Positions 1-11,418 of a stretch of 64,000 bases of DNA are shown piece after piece; the first letter of the stretch is position 1, and each line of letters opens with the position of its first letter. Source of the stretch: Ramazzottius varieornatus (taxonomy: Eukaryota; Animalia; Tardigrada). The stretch spans positions 6,299,591 through 6,363,590 of the forward strand of contig BDGG01000001.1 of the NCBI GenBank assembly GCA_001949185.1, written 5' to 3'. Position numbers and translations under genes: made by a program. The notes under the pieces are model-generated. The model ran no database searches, had not been told where the DNA came from, and saw nothing but the letters and a program-made list of their open reading frames with translations.

Positions 1-291
1 CTTCTTCCACTACTATCGTAAGTACTCAGAGAAGTATGGGGAAGGTAGGGAAACAGTCTCTGGATGATCGTCATTTCAAGCGACGCACGATTTCAGTAGT
101 TTACTGAACAAAACCCCACCACTTGAGATAACTAATCGGAACTGTCTTCCGACCTCCCATATTCAATACAATTACACCAGACGGAAAATAAATATTACCG
201 AACAATACATCGAGCCTGTGTCGTCCATTGTCAGCGTGTTTTCATATAGTATCAACTCTGTCTTTTGGCAGGGCGGAGACTGTTATTCTTC

Positions 292-1664
292 ATGGTGAGC
301 ACAACCTGTCATTTGGCTCTGTTATTCTCTTCATGGACCATCGCGCAGGATTCCGGTTCTCCGTCAAAGTCGCTGAATCCTGCGCAACTCATATTCCGCG
401 ATAATAAGCTCCTGTCTCCATCACTGCTGATACCTCTCTTCGGATATATCCCGTCCAACAGTTCCTATTACCCTTCCTACACCACCCTCCCACCTACTGC
501 TCTTCGTATAGCCTACGATGACGACACATCGGTGGCGCATGCAACCACCCCCGTCTTTCCTCCACGCATTCGCCTCCATAACCGCATTGACAGTCAGCCA
601 GGTGAGACTGCTAACCGTCCTCATGCCTCGGTAGAGACGACCATTCGGCTACGGTCTGTCGGATTAACAACAACGCCGACGAGCGTCGGCCTCGTTGACG
701 AGCCACGCGCAACACTCGACCTTCCTCGTCCCATCAATCAAGAAGAAAGCCCAGCGAGTAACATCGTTGTGCGGGCAGTGGCCAACGCCCCGCCACCACA
801 TCTCCAAGTCTTGACGTCTTCCACGGTCCACAATGAAACTGTCTATGCGCTCTCTGTCAGCCCGGCCACCATAGCCACCAATAGTTCGAAATTCGATACA
901 AGAGCGCTGGAAATAAATTCGCGCATTGGGTCTGAGCCTTCACCGAGGATTCTGGTGCAGCCGGCTGGTTCGTCGTCCAACTCGGATTCTCCATACAGAG
1001 TGGGAAGTGTTACGGTCGGTGCGCTCATTGGAATAATTGCCGGCATCTTGACTACTTTAGTGATAGCCAGTAAGTCCACTTTGGAGCCACACACTATTAC
1101 CAACCTCTCGTTGAAGGCGCTCCATGTCGAGTGGCTATCCAACCGCCTTGTTTGTCCATGCGGTACGGCGCGTACCTCGTCGACGGAGCACAGTTTATTT
1201 AGCCGCCGAGGCGGTTTTATCTCACCGTATATTGAACTTGTTCAAGTGCTAGACCGATTAGCGTTCCGCTCTAGCTGAGGCCGGCGGTTAAAAGTGAAAA
1301 GGTCCTTGTGATTGACCACGCGACTGTAACTTGACTCTTTAGCGTGGCGAAAAGTGGCTTACATTTTGCTTTTCTGATTTGTTGACAGAAGCACAAATAG
1401 GGATCAGGTTACAGCGTAACAAGCTCGCGAAAAGCACACGGAGATCCCTGTTTGTGCTCACTGTATTTTACTCATAATCAATGACTCTTTCTCTGTTTCG
1501 CAGCCTTACTGGGTATTGTCTGCTACCGACGACGGCATCCAACGTGGAATGCCGCGGAAACCGACCTGCGGATTCTCGCAAGCCACTACGGAAGTTACTG
1601 GGATGACAAGACACTGCCGAACTTCCAGTTCAACGACAAGATGATCTGGCCAGGCGTAAGTTGA
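292..1664 (+). CDS. Single-pass type I membrane protein with Ser/Thr/Pro-rich (mucin-like) ectodomain; 2 exons (292-1069, 1504-1664)
   Basis: Signal-like N-terminus (MVSTTCHLALLFSSWTIAQ) and S/T/P-rich middle. The hydrophobic segment GALIGIIAGILTTLVIA splices (donor A|GTAAGT at 1070, acceptor CAG ending 1503) into TLLGIVCYRRRH, giving a TM plus basic stop-transfer. 5' and 3' ends uncertain. Confidence 0.6.
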
Positions 1665-3131
1665 AACTGCACACCAGTAGAACAAACCGTAGAGAACGCA
1701 CGAGTGGTTCTGTTGCCCGTAACGTTGTGAGACAGTCTACTGACCATATTGCAGTACAACCTGCTACTTGAAAATTTAGGCGTAAAAATGGTGTTTTCAA
1801 GAAAAGAAAATTTCAGAATAAATTCGGTAATCTCTCACAAGACTTTTTGGAGTTTCGGCACGTAATATGTGCCAGCCGTATGAGGAAGTCCGAATGACTC
1901 TTTTTCCGTACAAATTGAAAGCTCGTTAACCTAACGACCCGAGACAGGCTTGCGCCGACTTTGCCCTGTCGATCTCGTCTTACCCAATCATGTTTATGTA
2001 GAGATCATTAAATCTTCGATAAACTGGTGGAACGACTTGCTGAAGTTCCTGGTCGACATGCCTCATATCACGTTCGACCTCGACATGGTCGTCATAATCG
2101 TCCCATGCAACATCTGTACTCACACTTCCTTGTCTCGTAGGAAAGCCACGAAGAAATGACGGCCTTGGACAATGATGCCTTCCTCAAAAGCCTGGAGGAT
2201 CTGGGGCGGGTCAGCAGTCGTCCGTCCAGCAAGACAAATTGGAACAAAGAAGAAGATCAACGCCAAAGTACAAAAGTGTAAACGTGCAAGCCAAGCGCAA
2301 CAATGCTTACCTAGGCAATGCACTCTTGACATGGCGCTAATTCTAGCGCCACATGTGACATTGTCGATTTCTATTGATCTCATGGTAAAATTTCTAACAA
2401 TTTCGATTTTATTGCTCGGTTGCGCCTTTCATGTGATACGACCTGTATGCTAACAGTGCCGCGCTTATATACTGCTAACAGTTCAGGCTGTTAATTTTCC
2501 TCACTTACTGAAATCCTAACGAATCGAGGTTAAAAAGGAATGTAAAATTCCCTGCATCCGCCACAGTACGTGCTCGTACAGGAAATTTCCACCACGGTGG
2601 TTCGGGTATCGAGCCCCACTACCCACGAGGTAGATTCACGTATGTCATGACATAAAGGTGACGGATGCAGCGAATTTTTGCAGTGCCTGGCATACGGTAA
2701 TCGTATCGATAAGTCTTATCATCGATGGTGGTTATCGATATCACGATGCAGGAAATGAAGCCTTGCACCATCGGCAGACCGTACTCTTATCCAAGCAAGC
2801 TAATTCCCAGGTCTATGCGATACATGATTAAATGAATCGCAACAACAACAGGGCGGAAGAGAATATGTTGGGTGCATGGGTCCTTTAGCGTAAAGTAGAC
2901 CAGATGCGGGTTGGACTGCCTTGCCTTATAGGCCTCATAGGATCTGCCGCGACCTCCTTGATATATCGATTTTTCCATTTCCTCTTCCCGGCGGCCTGTT
3001 CTCGACAGACAGACTGCATAAACAGAACCTGTTTCCCGTGATACAACTTGCATCGACCCACGGTAGCACCCTTATTTCACACTACTACTTCCATACACAT
3101 CCGTTTTCTCAAAGGCGGCCTGTTTCAGGCG

Positions 3132-4781
3132 ATGCTGCTGGAGACCCTTTACGACTGGACATCAGACATGGTCTACCTCAAGCTTACAGCATTTCTCTCC
3201 TTTCTGGCCATTGCATTTTCCTACTTCTATGTTCCAGTACCCGATGACATGCCGGAGGAAGACCAGCGTGCTATGCGTAAGTTGTACGCTTTCCAGCAAA
3301 CCGGCAAGATTGTGGTAAGTTCCCATATTATGAGCAGGATTCCCTGTGGACCTAACCTCAGTTCCGTATCGGTATTTGAAGTGGTTCAGCATCCGATGGG
3401 TTTCAACCAGGGCGCTAGATTTCAAATCTTATCCGTGTCTGGTGTTTGTGCAGGCCAAAGTTGGCGCAGTACTCGGTGTAGATAGCACTATCAACATCAC
3501 GAGGCGCTTTCGCAATTTGATGACATCGTCAATCAAACAAGATTCTTTCGAAGTGGAAACCAGATTTGGTCAGACCATGGACGGAGTTTCCGTCACGATC
3601 CACAAGAAAAACCCCTGGGATGAGAAGAAGGAAGGTTTGAGACCGGCCTTGGTCTACATCCATGGTGGCGGCTGGGTCTACGAATTTCCTGGTAAGCAAC
3701 CAAAGCCACAAAAAAACGAGGCCAGGTTCTCCAATGTCTCGGTTCTGATATCTCTTTCCCTGATTAGCAAATTACAGCTTGGGTGAACTTTCAAATATGC
3801 ATGCTGTCTGCAGAAGGCAGTTAAGTCTTTATCGTCTGGTCCATGTACTTTCAGAGACAAAGTAACGTACACGAGGTACTGGGTCTGTTGGCATCTGATG
3901 ATGAAGCAGATACCATTAAGCTCAAAGTCTGCAGAATCAATAGTATCAAAAATTTACGGGGTTCATTTGCAGAGCTGTACGCCTTGATGGAAAGGTATTT
4001 CGCTCATCATCTCAACATTATCGTGGTCTCCATCAACTACCGCTTGGCTCCCGAGCATCCATACCCAGCTGCCATCGAAGACTGCACGAAAGCCATCAAA
4101 TACTTGCACACGCACGCCACAGAATACGGTGTGGACCCGGGGAGAATCTCCCTGGCAGGTGATTCCGGTGGCGGTAACCTTGCTGCAGCTCTTGCCCTAA
4201 AGCTTCGTGATGAGGGAGCCGCTTTCCTCCAACGACAGATCCTCATCTCCCCTGCTACCCAGTTCGCTTCATTCCGCACAAGTTCCTACTTGGCCAACAA
4301 CCGCTACGCTGTGCTGTCCAGGTTCAGTTGCCAGCGCTACTGGCTACTGTACATGAACGCCAGCCTGGCATACGTCAATGAGCTGGAAGCCAATGAGCAT
4401 GTATCGTCCAAGGTTGCTCAAAGTAATGCATGGTCATTCCTGCAAAAGTATCAAGACTTCCCGCAGAGTAAGGTAAAGGTCGATGAGAAGGTGTCGAAGG
4501 TGCTGGAGAAGAAACTCCTGGATCCGTATCTGTGTCCGTTGATGGCCGAGACGATGAAAGGTCTTCCACCGACTCTAGTCTTAATTTCTGAGTATGACGT
4601 ATTAAAGGATGATGCCTTGGCTTACGTTGATCGACTCAAGGCGGATGGTGTCGAGACCGCAGTTTCAGTGACAAATGGTTATCACGGAATTTACTGTAGC
4701 TTCAATGGTACAAAGAGCGGCATGCAAATGATGATGGCAATTTTTCATTACTTGCGACCTCTTTATGCGGCTCAGAAATGA
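3132..4781 (+). CDS. Arylacetamide deacetylase / neutral cholesterol ester hydrolase-like esterase (HSL family alpha/beta hydrolase); exons 3132-3314, 3454-3691, 3973-4781
   Basis: N-terminal membrane anchor, LVYIHGGGW oxyanion motif, YRLAPEHPYPAAIEDC, nucleophile GDSGGGN, EYDVLKD and GYHG catalytic Asp/His. Introns are phase-consistent GT-AG. Confidence 0.92.
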
Positions 4782-6981
4782 AAGTTTTATACAGTTCACC
4801 AAATTCATTGCGGGTTGAGATGTTTGATGACTGTTGCACTGCCAAGTGAAAACAACTCCACAAATTGGAGACACAAGGATTACGTATCAGGACGGTTAAA
4901 ACGCTCACTGGCGACCAAGTTGAGTGGTAACGGCTGCCGGAGGAAGTTGAATGTTGGTGGGAGGAGACGGTACTAGCTGGCTCGGTGCGAAAGGGGGCAG
5001 TGGAGACACGAAACCTTGGCTCCGCTTTGCTTGACTTTCCTGCATCGAAGCAAAATGCAGGAAGACTTGTTCCAGCGTGGTTTGACTAAAGCTGTGCTCC
5101 TCCAGTCCCAGAGTCTGTTTCACTATTCAACAGAGACAACGAGTTCAGCAAACTTCCGACAACAACCCGAGGATTTACTCACATTTGTCAAGGTCGGCGA
5201 AGGTAGCACCCAGAGAGGAAATCTGGTCTCTCCCAATGGTAAAAACCATTGTGTTGTGTTGTTGTTCGGTACAGTTAGCCTTTGGGAACATCTTCAGTAC
5301 TTCGGCTTTGGCTTTCTGGTGGGCGATCTCAGTTGCAGTGGGAACCGCCGGTATAGCGGGAGCTGACATCACACCCTGGTTGACAGAAGTTTGTGCTGGA
5401 AAAGTGGGATCTCGAGGGGGTACTACTGATGGCGGAACGCTAAGACGTATCTCAAGGACGTAGCCCGAACCGTATTTATCTTTGAGATGCTGCGAGGAAC
5501 CGATACAGTGCATTGTGCCATTGACGATTATGCAGATGCGGTCGCACAGAGCGTCAGCTTCCTCCATGGAGTGTGTCGTCAAAACGGCGCTGGGATCGCC
5601 ACCAAAGTTCTGTGTGATGATGTCTCACAGGAACCGCTTGCTTTGTGGGTCCATTCCGGTGGATGGCTCATCGAGAAGGACGAGGGGTGCGCTTCCCATC
5701 AGGCTGATCATGAAAGTCAGCTACAAAGCAAAGGTGCTTTTGAAGCTTTATCAAGATTGAACAATCAGAAACCGCCAAGTCGCCCTCGCACCTTTCGCTT
5801 GGTACCTCCACTCGAAGCCGACGCTTTCTTTAGGAAGTGCTCTCTTATGGAAAGACCATTGACGAAACTATAAAGTGTCAAAGTCTTCGGAAACAGTCCA
5901 TCAGAAATGGCATAGCCAGTGGTCAGTACGATACATACGTCAGTTACAACCTGTTCACCCCAAGTCTCTACCACCTACACCCTCACCGGGCCAACGTGCT
6001 ACGATAAAGCTCCGGTGGAGCAGATTCTATGTCAGCATTGATTCTTTGCGTAGTCACAGGGGGTGACTGATTTTCTGACTTCACCCAGTAGGACTGCAGA
6101 ATAAAGAACCACGGGAGCTGTTGTGTTTCATCATCAGCTAGACGTGCAAAACAGTACTGTTTAGATCACAACAAATAGTGTTCGAGGTAAATTCAAGTCC
6201 CTTCCGCACAAAGCTGCGCGTACTGCGCCACGCTTGACTGACTGAGAACAAAACTGCATGCACTATTATATCATACACCTCGTGGGCAGACGCACCACGT
6301 TGCGCGGCTCCACGCAGGTGGGCTATGACGTCGCGCCCTACATCACTCATACGTTCGTTCTTTACTTCATAAACAATTCCCCTCTCAATCAATATCTGCA
6401 GAGAGACTTTTCAAAGAGAGACAAATGTCCGAAGACTTAAGCCTCGCAGACCAGAAAGATCAAACGGTTAAAACGGTAGTTCTGTGGGCTGACTGACTGG
6501 CCAATCACGTGCGTCGGTCCAGTGGAGCGCGATCCGCAGCGGCAGTTTAGTATACGTGTATTCGGCCTAGCCATGAGCATAGCACTCGTCTGTCACTGAG
6601 AAGGAGCTGGTCCTGCACCGGTTATGGTTTTACCGTACCCTCCAGCAGCAGAAATCGGAAATTACACAGGTTAAGCTGCCAGCTCCGGTTGCGACTCCGG
6701 CTGCTGTTAAGGCTTAGCTCCGCCCCTTTTGTGACGTTTAACCGGAATTGCCTTCCGGAACCACGGTTATTTTCGAGAAATACGCGTAGTGGAAATACGG
6801 TTAATTTAGCATGGTGCAGCAACATGGCCGTCTGATTAATCAAACGCGCGGCCCTTCAAATTTAAATTTTATTTCCAGCCATTTTCTCTATTACTTAGCT
6901 TCTTCTTGAATTACTGCTCGCTTTTTCAAGATTCTTGTTTAAATGGTGGCCTGATAGGTCAAGGATGGACGAGAATGGATT

Positions 6982-7866
6982 ATGTGGGAGTGTAGCGTCT
7001 CCTGGATCATCAGTAAGCGGGGGAAAGAAGTGGAGGCAAAGGCTACTCGATTCCACTGGGACGAAGAGAGTCAAGTTCGTCTCTTGAAACAATACAGAAC
7101 GACCATGGAGATATTCGAAGGAACTGAAACGGGAATGTATAATGAGATCTTCAAGTCCCTGCTGTCTGCCGGAATGAAGCTTAGGACTGCGCGTGCTGTT
7201 CAAGAGAAGACCAAAGCAATTGTTAGTGAATTTAAAGCGTCTAACCGTATGGAAGAATGGAAGTCTGGTGATCCTGGTTACTTGTCGACATTATCGAATA
7301 CATAAACGATCACGAAGTCAAGCGCTACTGTAAGCTGTCCAAGAAAAAGAGCTTGGAAGAAGAGAAGCAAGCCCGGAAAGACCAGAAGTTCAAAGACGCA
7401 GCAACTTTCAGCAAACGGAAGCGTCGAAGTGCGCAGGACCATGAACTGACGCCTGATCCATTGGATCGTAAGTAGTGTTCTTTTCGAGATCAAGGTGTAC
7501 GCTTTCTCTTGAGAATTTGAAATCGTTTTCCCTAGTATCCTAACCATCATACTTTGTTTTGCAGTAGACAGAGACAACGACGCTCTCAATACGCCAAAAC
7601 GAGAGCGAACAAGCTACAATCATATGTTGAAATCGTTCCTGGAAAGTTCTACGGAGGTGAAAAATAAAGAGCTGCAGATCAAGGAGGAACTCCTGGCAGT
7701 CGAACGTACCCGCGAAGCAAGACTGTCTGAAGAGAGCAAGATGAAGTATGAATTGGAACAGAAACGGATTGAAGCTGACCAGATAAAGATGGTGAACGAC
7801 CGGAAACGAGAGGAGCTTTTCGCTAACGTCATGCTAGAAGCTCTCCGAACTTTGAAGAAAGATTGA
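6982..7866 (+). pseudogene. Harbinger accessory Myb/SANT-like DNA-binding protein with C-terminal coiled coil (interrupted)
   Basis: RFHWDEESQVRLL...RTARAVQEK..IVSEFK resembles a Myb/trihelix repeat. E/K/R-rich coiled-coil exon at 7624-7866. Lies inside the TIRs, convergent with the transposase. Frame broken near 7305. Confidence 0.55.
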
Positions 7867-7965
7867 TATACTGTTTGAAATGTTAAAAAAACGTTTCCAG
7901 AATTAATTTTATTACATTTACTTTGAAATGAAGTATCGCAAAGTAGTCAAAAACCGTTATTGAAT

Positions 7966-9054
7966 TCAATCCAGTCTGTTTTTCAAGTACTGCTCTAAAG
8001 ACGGAGGAGCTATCCCAAAAAAATCAGAAACTTTACCACCATGACCAAGACAGACTCTACAATTAGTTAGCAGCGTACCAACTGTGTACAGAGAGCCTAC
8101 GGGCTGCAGAAGAACCTTCAGGTTTTTCTCAAAATCTAGAAATGCAAATTGCTGAACCACTTCGCCGAAACCCCATTCCACGGCAATCCGGACGCCCGCC
8201 ATAGCTACGTTGAAGTCTTTCTGCTCATCTGACAGAGCAAGCGCTCCATTGCGGAATGGACCTTCGAGGTATTCGGAAATAGGGTATGCAGGATCCCCAT
8301 AGATACGATAGATCGTCCCGATTTCGTTCATTTTCGTCGTCAAAAGCTTTATCAAGCCGCTTTCAGCCAGCATACCAGAATCATGACGTCGTCCAGGCCA
8401 AGGTCCATCGAGGTTCACTACCAGACCGTTAGGTGCCATCACTGACTGAAACTTGAGGCCATGCAGTCGATAATGGCCACTGTAGATGGTTCTTTGATCC
8501 TCCTTCGGACGACAGCATGGACGAAACGTCCCGTCTATGAAGCCCTATATATTGCGAAGTGGTGCGCCTTTCCGCCTGACTGCTCTGCAAAACAAAGCGA
8601 TATCTTTTGCTGTAAGCCAACACAAATCTAGAGACATAAGTAGATGTCCAAAGGTAGCATCCACGTGTCCAACAATCCAACTGAACGCCATCGATAATTC
8701 GGGCTTGCTCCGACGGTAAATCAGGCTCAGAGTCGTGTATCGACTTGGATAGCTTAGTCGGCCCAAAAGAATGCACAAGATTTCCGTCCCGCCGAAACGT
8801 GATCTGTTTTCCAGAATGACAGACTCAGGGATGTCGAGGGCTTCCCGTAAGCGAGGAATATTTTCTCGCGTGAAGCGGAACCAGTCCCAAATATCTGAGT
8901 CTGAAATCACATCCAAGTCGAAAGGAATCTTTAACGGTCTTTCCACCTTTGGCAGTGACAACATAAGGACAGTCTCCTCATAAGACAACAGACCCGACAT
9001 CAGTAACAAGCAAGACGTTTTCTTATCCATTCCGTATGGAGTAAGCTCAGACAA
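7966..9054 (-). pseudogene. Harbinger (HARBI1-like, DDE_Tnp_4) transposase with a premature stop
   Basis: WFRFTRE, LGRLSYP, NI*GFIDGT (TAG at 8545-8547 where Trp is expected), HGLKFQSV, GRRHDS, IYGDPAYP, RIAVEWGFG. ORFs 8545..9054 and 7966..8442 are in the same frame. Confidence 0.9.
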
Positions 9055-9684
9055 AATCTACAGAAACATATTTCTTCCAGCAAGAAACGAAAGAAATTCG
9101 CGCAATTTGAACCGTAGCGGAAAGTTTGAGTGTGCAACAGCTTAACCCGCAAGAAAAAGTTCGCTTACGACTCCGACTCCCGCTGTATCAGCAGTCGGAA
9201 AGTGAACCGGAGTGGTGCAGCTTAAACTGTGTATTGAGCTACTGTGGTCCATGTCTTTTACCTCATAGTCAGCCAGTGAGTCAAAAAATGGCAGATGCCA
9301 ACGTTAACAGTAACTGTCAGCTTACTCGGAAAAACCTGTTCCAGATACATGGCGGCAAGTCGGAAAACTATGATGTCAATTATCAGGGAAAGTACGGATG
9401 ATCCAAGCGCATAGCCAGATTCTGGAAGAGTGTCAAATCCGGTGCCGACACCAAGTAAGTCAGCGTAAGTCAGCGTAGACCTCTGCAATGACTCCAATAC
9501 GTCACAAACCGAATTTTAACATGAGCATCCAGGGCAAGTTGCGAATCACCCTGAACTCACATGAAGTAATACGCCACAACCAGTACAGACCAAACCGGAC
9601 TTCGGTTATGTGCTGTACAAAGGTCCCTTCTTTTCGTGCCGTTCCGTATTCCCAGTTGTCTTAGAAAACTTTCTGAAATTTGAC

Positions 9685-9851
9685 ATGGCGAAAGGCCGTG
9701 AACGCTCGAAAAATACTGGAATGGTTCAGGCAGTATGTACTACCGTAAGCCGTCGTACTCCTGCAAATCCAAAGCGGAAGGAAAATTTTACTTTGAAAGA
9801 AAATCTTACTTTGAAGGAAAATCTGGCCATCTTGGACAAATCGACCAGAAG
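9685..9851 (+). pseudogene. Possible pogo/CENP-B-type transposase N-terminal relic containing an 18-bp tandem duplication
   Basis: PKRKENFTLKENLTLKENLAILDK resembles the KRK..TL.EKL.IL start of psq-type HTH domains. GAAAATYTTACTTTGAAR x2.4 at 9781-9824. Donor G|GTAAGT near 9852. Confidence 0.3.
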
Positions 9852-10974
9852 GTAAGTCTCCCGTTTTTTCTCCGTTATTTCGCGCAGGAATATAGGGGTG
9901 AGCAGTACTAAATGATTTTTAAATTTTAGGTCCCCATAGGCGACATTGCTGACGTATCAAGCTATCGTTCTTATCGGGAACCGAAAGAACGAGATCAGAG
10001 CGTGCGCATCAGTGTTACTGGGCAGTAACACTGATAACTTTTTGACGTCCGACTTTTCTCGAGTGAACTTTACGCAAGCTATCAAGTGCGACGATCGTGC
10101 TGTGACGTATTGAAGTCATTGCAGAGGTCTATATAGTTTTGGTGATATTCCAAGTTTTAACTTCTACTCGATGTACAGACCAAGCACCTGTTCAGAAAAA
10201 AAACTGAAACACTGAGCAGAGTTTCCTCTACCGAATCTGAGCTTGGGACGAATTTGCTGATTATTGGTGCGTCCAGAAAAAAATCAAAATGGCCTGGGCT
10301 ACTTTCTCCAAGCTGGCCTCCGCGGCCTGCTAATATTCCACATATCGAAAATTTTGAAAATTCCGTATTGGCTGATTTGGGTGACGCCTTCCCCTTTTCA
10401 CCAGTTAAAGTTCTGTGCTCACAATGAGCACGCTGGTAAAAGCTTGGTAATCAGAGTTTTAACAGTTGAACTGGAATTTTTGAAACCACCCACCCTGCTC
10501 ATGCCAGAGTTTCGGATTGCAGTTGTTCGTTCCGGGTTTTGTTTTAAATTCGGAAACTGGCGAGAATTCGTAGGGCGGAAAAATAGAAGCGTGAAATACG
10601 TCTTTTCGATCTCCGTGGCCCCGCCCCCTGTGAGTCAAACGAGCACATACGTGGAACGAGATTGTTTACGGCATGGACGACCGAATGACAGCGGTATAAG
10701 GCTTTCGTCGGCCCGTTTTCATAACGATATTTCACGCTTCCAGGTGTTCCAGGGTCAGTTTGGCGCACCTCTCTACACCTCGCCAAAGTCTCAAAAAACT
10801 GTTCGCACTTCTAGAAAGACATTCCTGAAAACTTCAGGAATAACTGCTAGCCGAGACACCCCACATGGGGATTTATTGTTGAACAGCGAAATGACTGTTG
10901 ACGCATCCTCACGCCGTTTGATATCATCATGTCAAAAAAATTTTCAAGTTAGGAGTTCAGACCACAAGAGATTA

Positions 10975-11418
10975 GGGAAAGCTCGGTGAAGTGCAGTGCA
11001 TTATTTTCACCGTCCTTCGCAGATCCGGTGAAAATTTCACCGACGCGGTGAAGAATTGAGAAGGATGATGAAAGATGCAGATTTGTGCCATTGATCAATT
11101 GATTGCTTGCACCTTGATCGATCGGTTGCACCCCAGTCAATCAACCAAGATACAGATAATCCATCAACGAAGCATACAAACGTGCACTTTTCACCATCCT
11201 TCACCGCATCGGCGAAATTTTTAATGGGTCAGTGAAGACCTGTGAAAATAATCAGGGCCGCCGCAGCCGGTATCGAATCTATCAACTAGGTCGTGCGTCG
11301 CGATCAGTTTTGCACTTTGGTCAGCCTTAGTAAGCTACGTCACGCTGCAATCGTGGTACATTCGATACAGGCCACGGCGGCCCTGAAAATAATTCACTCC
11401 ACTTGAGCAAGCCTTCCC
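10975..11418. mobile_element. Non-autonomous foldback element (MITE), TA-flanked, long imperfect TIRs
   Basis: Left end GGGAAAGCTCGGTGAAGTGCAGTGCATTATTTTCAC matches the reverse complement of the right end (GGGAAGGCTTGCTCAAGTGGAGTGAATTATTTTCAC) once the nested insert is removed. TA at 10973-10974 and 11419-11420. A related end fragment lies near 29249-29300. Confidence 0.7.
11253..11385. mobile_element. 133-bp hAT-type MITE nested in the right TIR of the previous element
   Basis: 26-bp TIRs CAGGGCCGCCG..GCC.GTATCGAAT (3 mismatches) and a perfect 8-bp TSD AAAATAAT at 11245-11252 and 11386-11393. Confidence 0.9.

Larger units (their letters stand above)
6664..9232. mobile_element. PIF/Harbinger-superfamily DNA transposon, ~2.57 kb, two convergent ORFs, inserted in an ABCA intron
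   Basis: TIRs ACACAGGTTAAGCTGC (from 6664) and GCAGCTTAAACTGTGT (to 9232), extending degenerately to ~43 bp. ATT flanks both ends (6661-6663, 9233-9235). Encloses a DDE_Tnp_4-type transposase and a Myb/SANT-like ORF. Confidence 0.85.

Noticed and set aside
1980-2383. Minus-strand ORF 2120..2383 with a hydrophobic stretch, possible small secreted or neuropeptide gene
   Set aside because: The hydrophobic part coincides with a probable intron (GTAAGC donor, pyrimidine tract), and I could not build a consistent spliced frame.
10264-10989. 241-aa ORF
   Set aside because: No recognisable motif, non-ATG start, lies in a repeat-rich pseudogene intron and runs into a MITE; likely a chance ORF.
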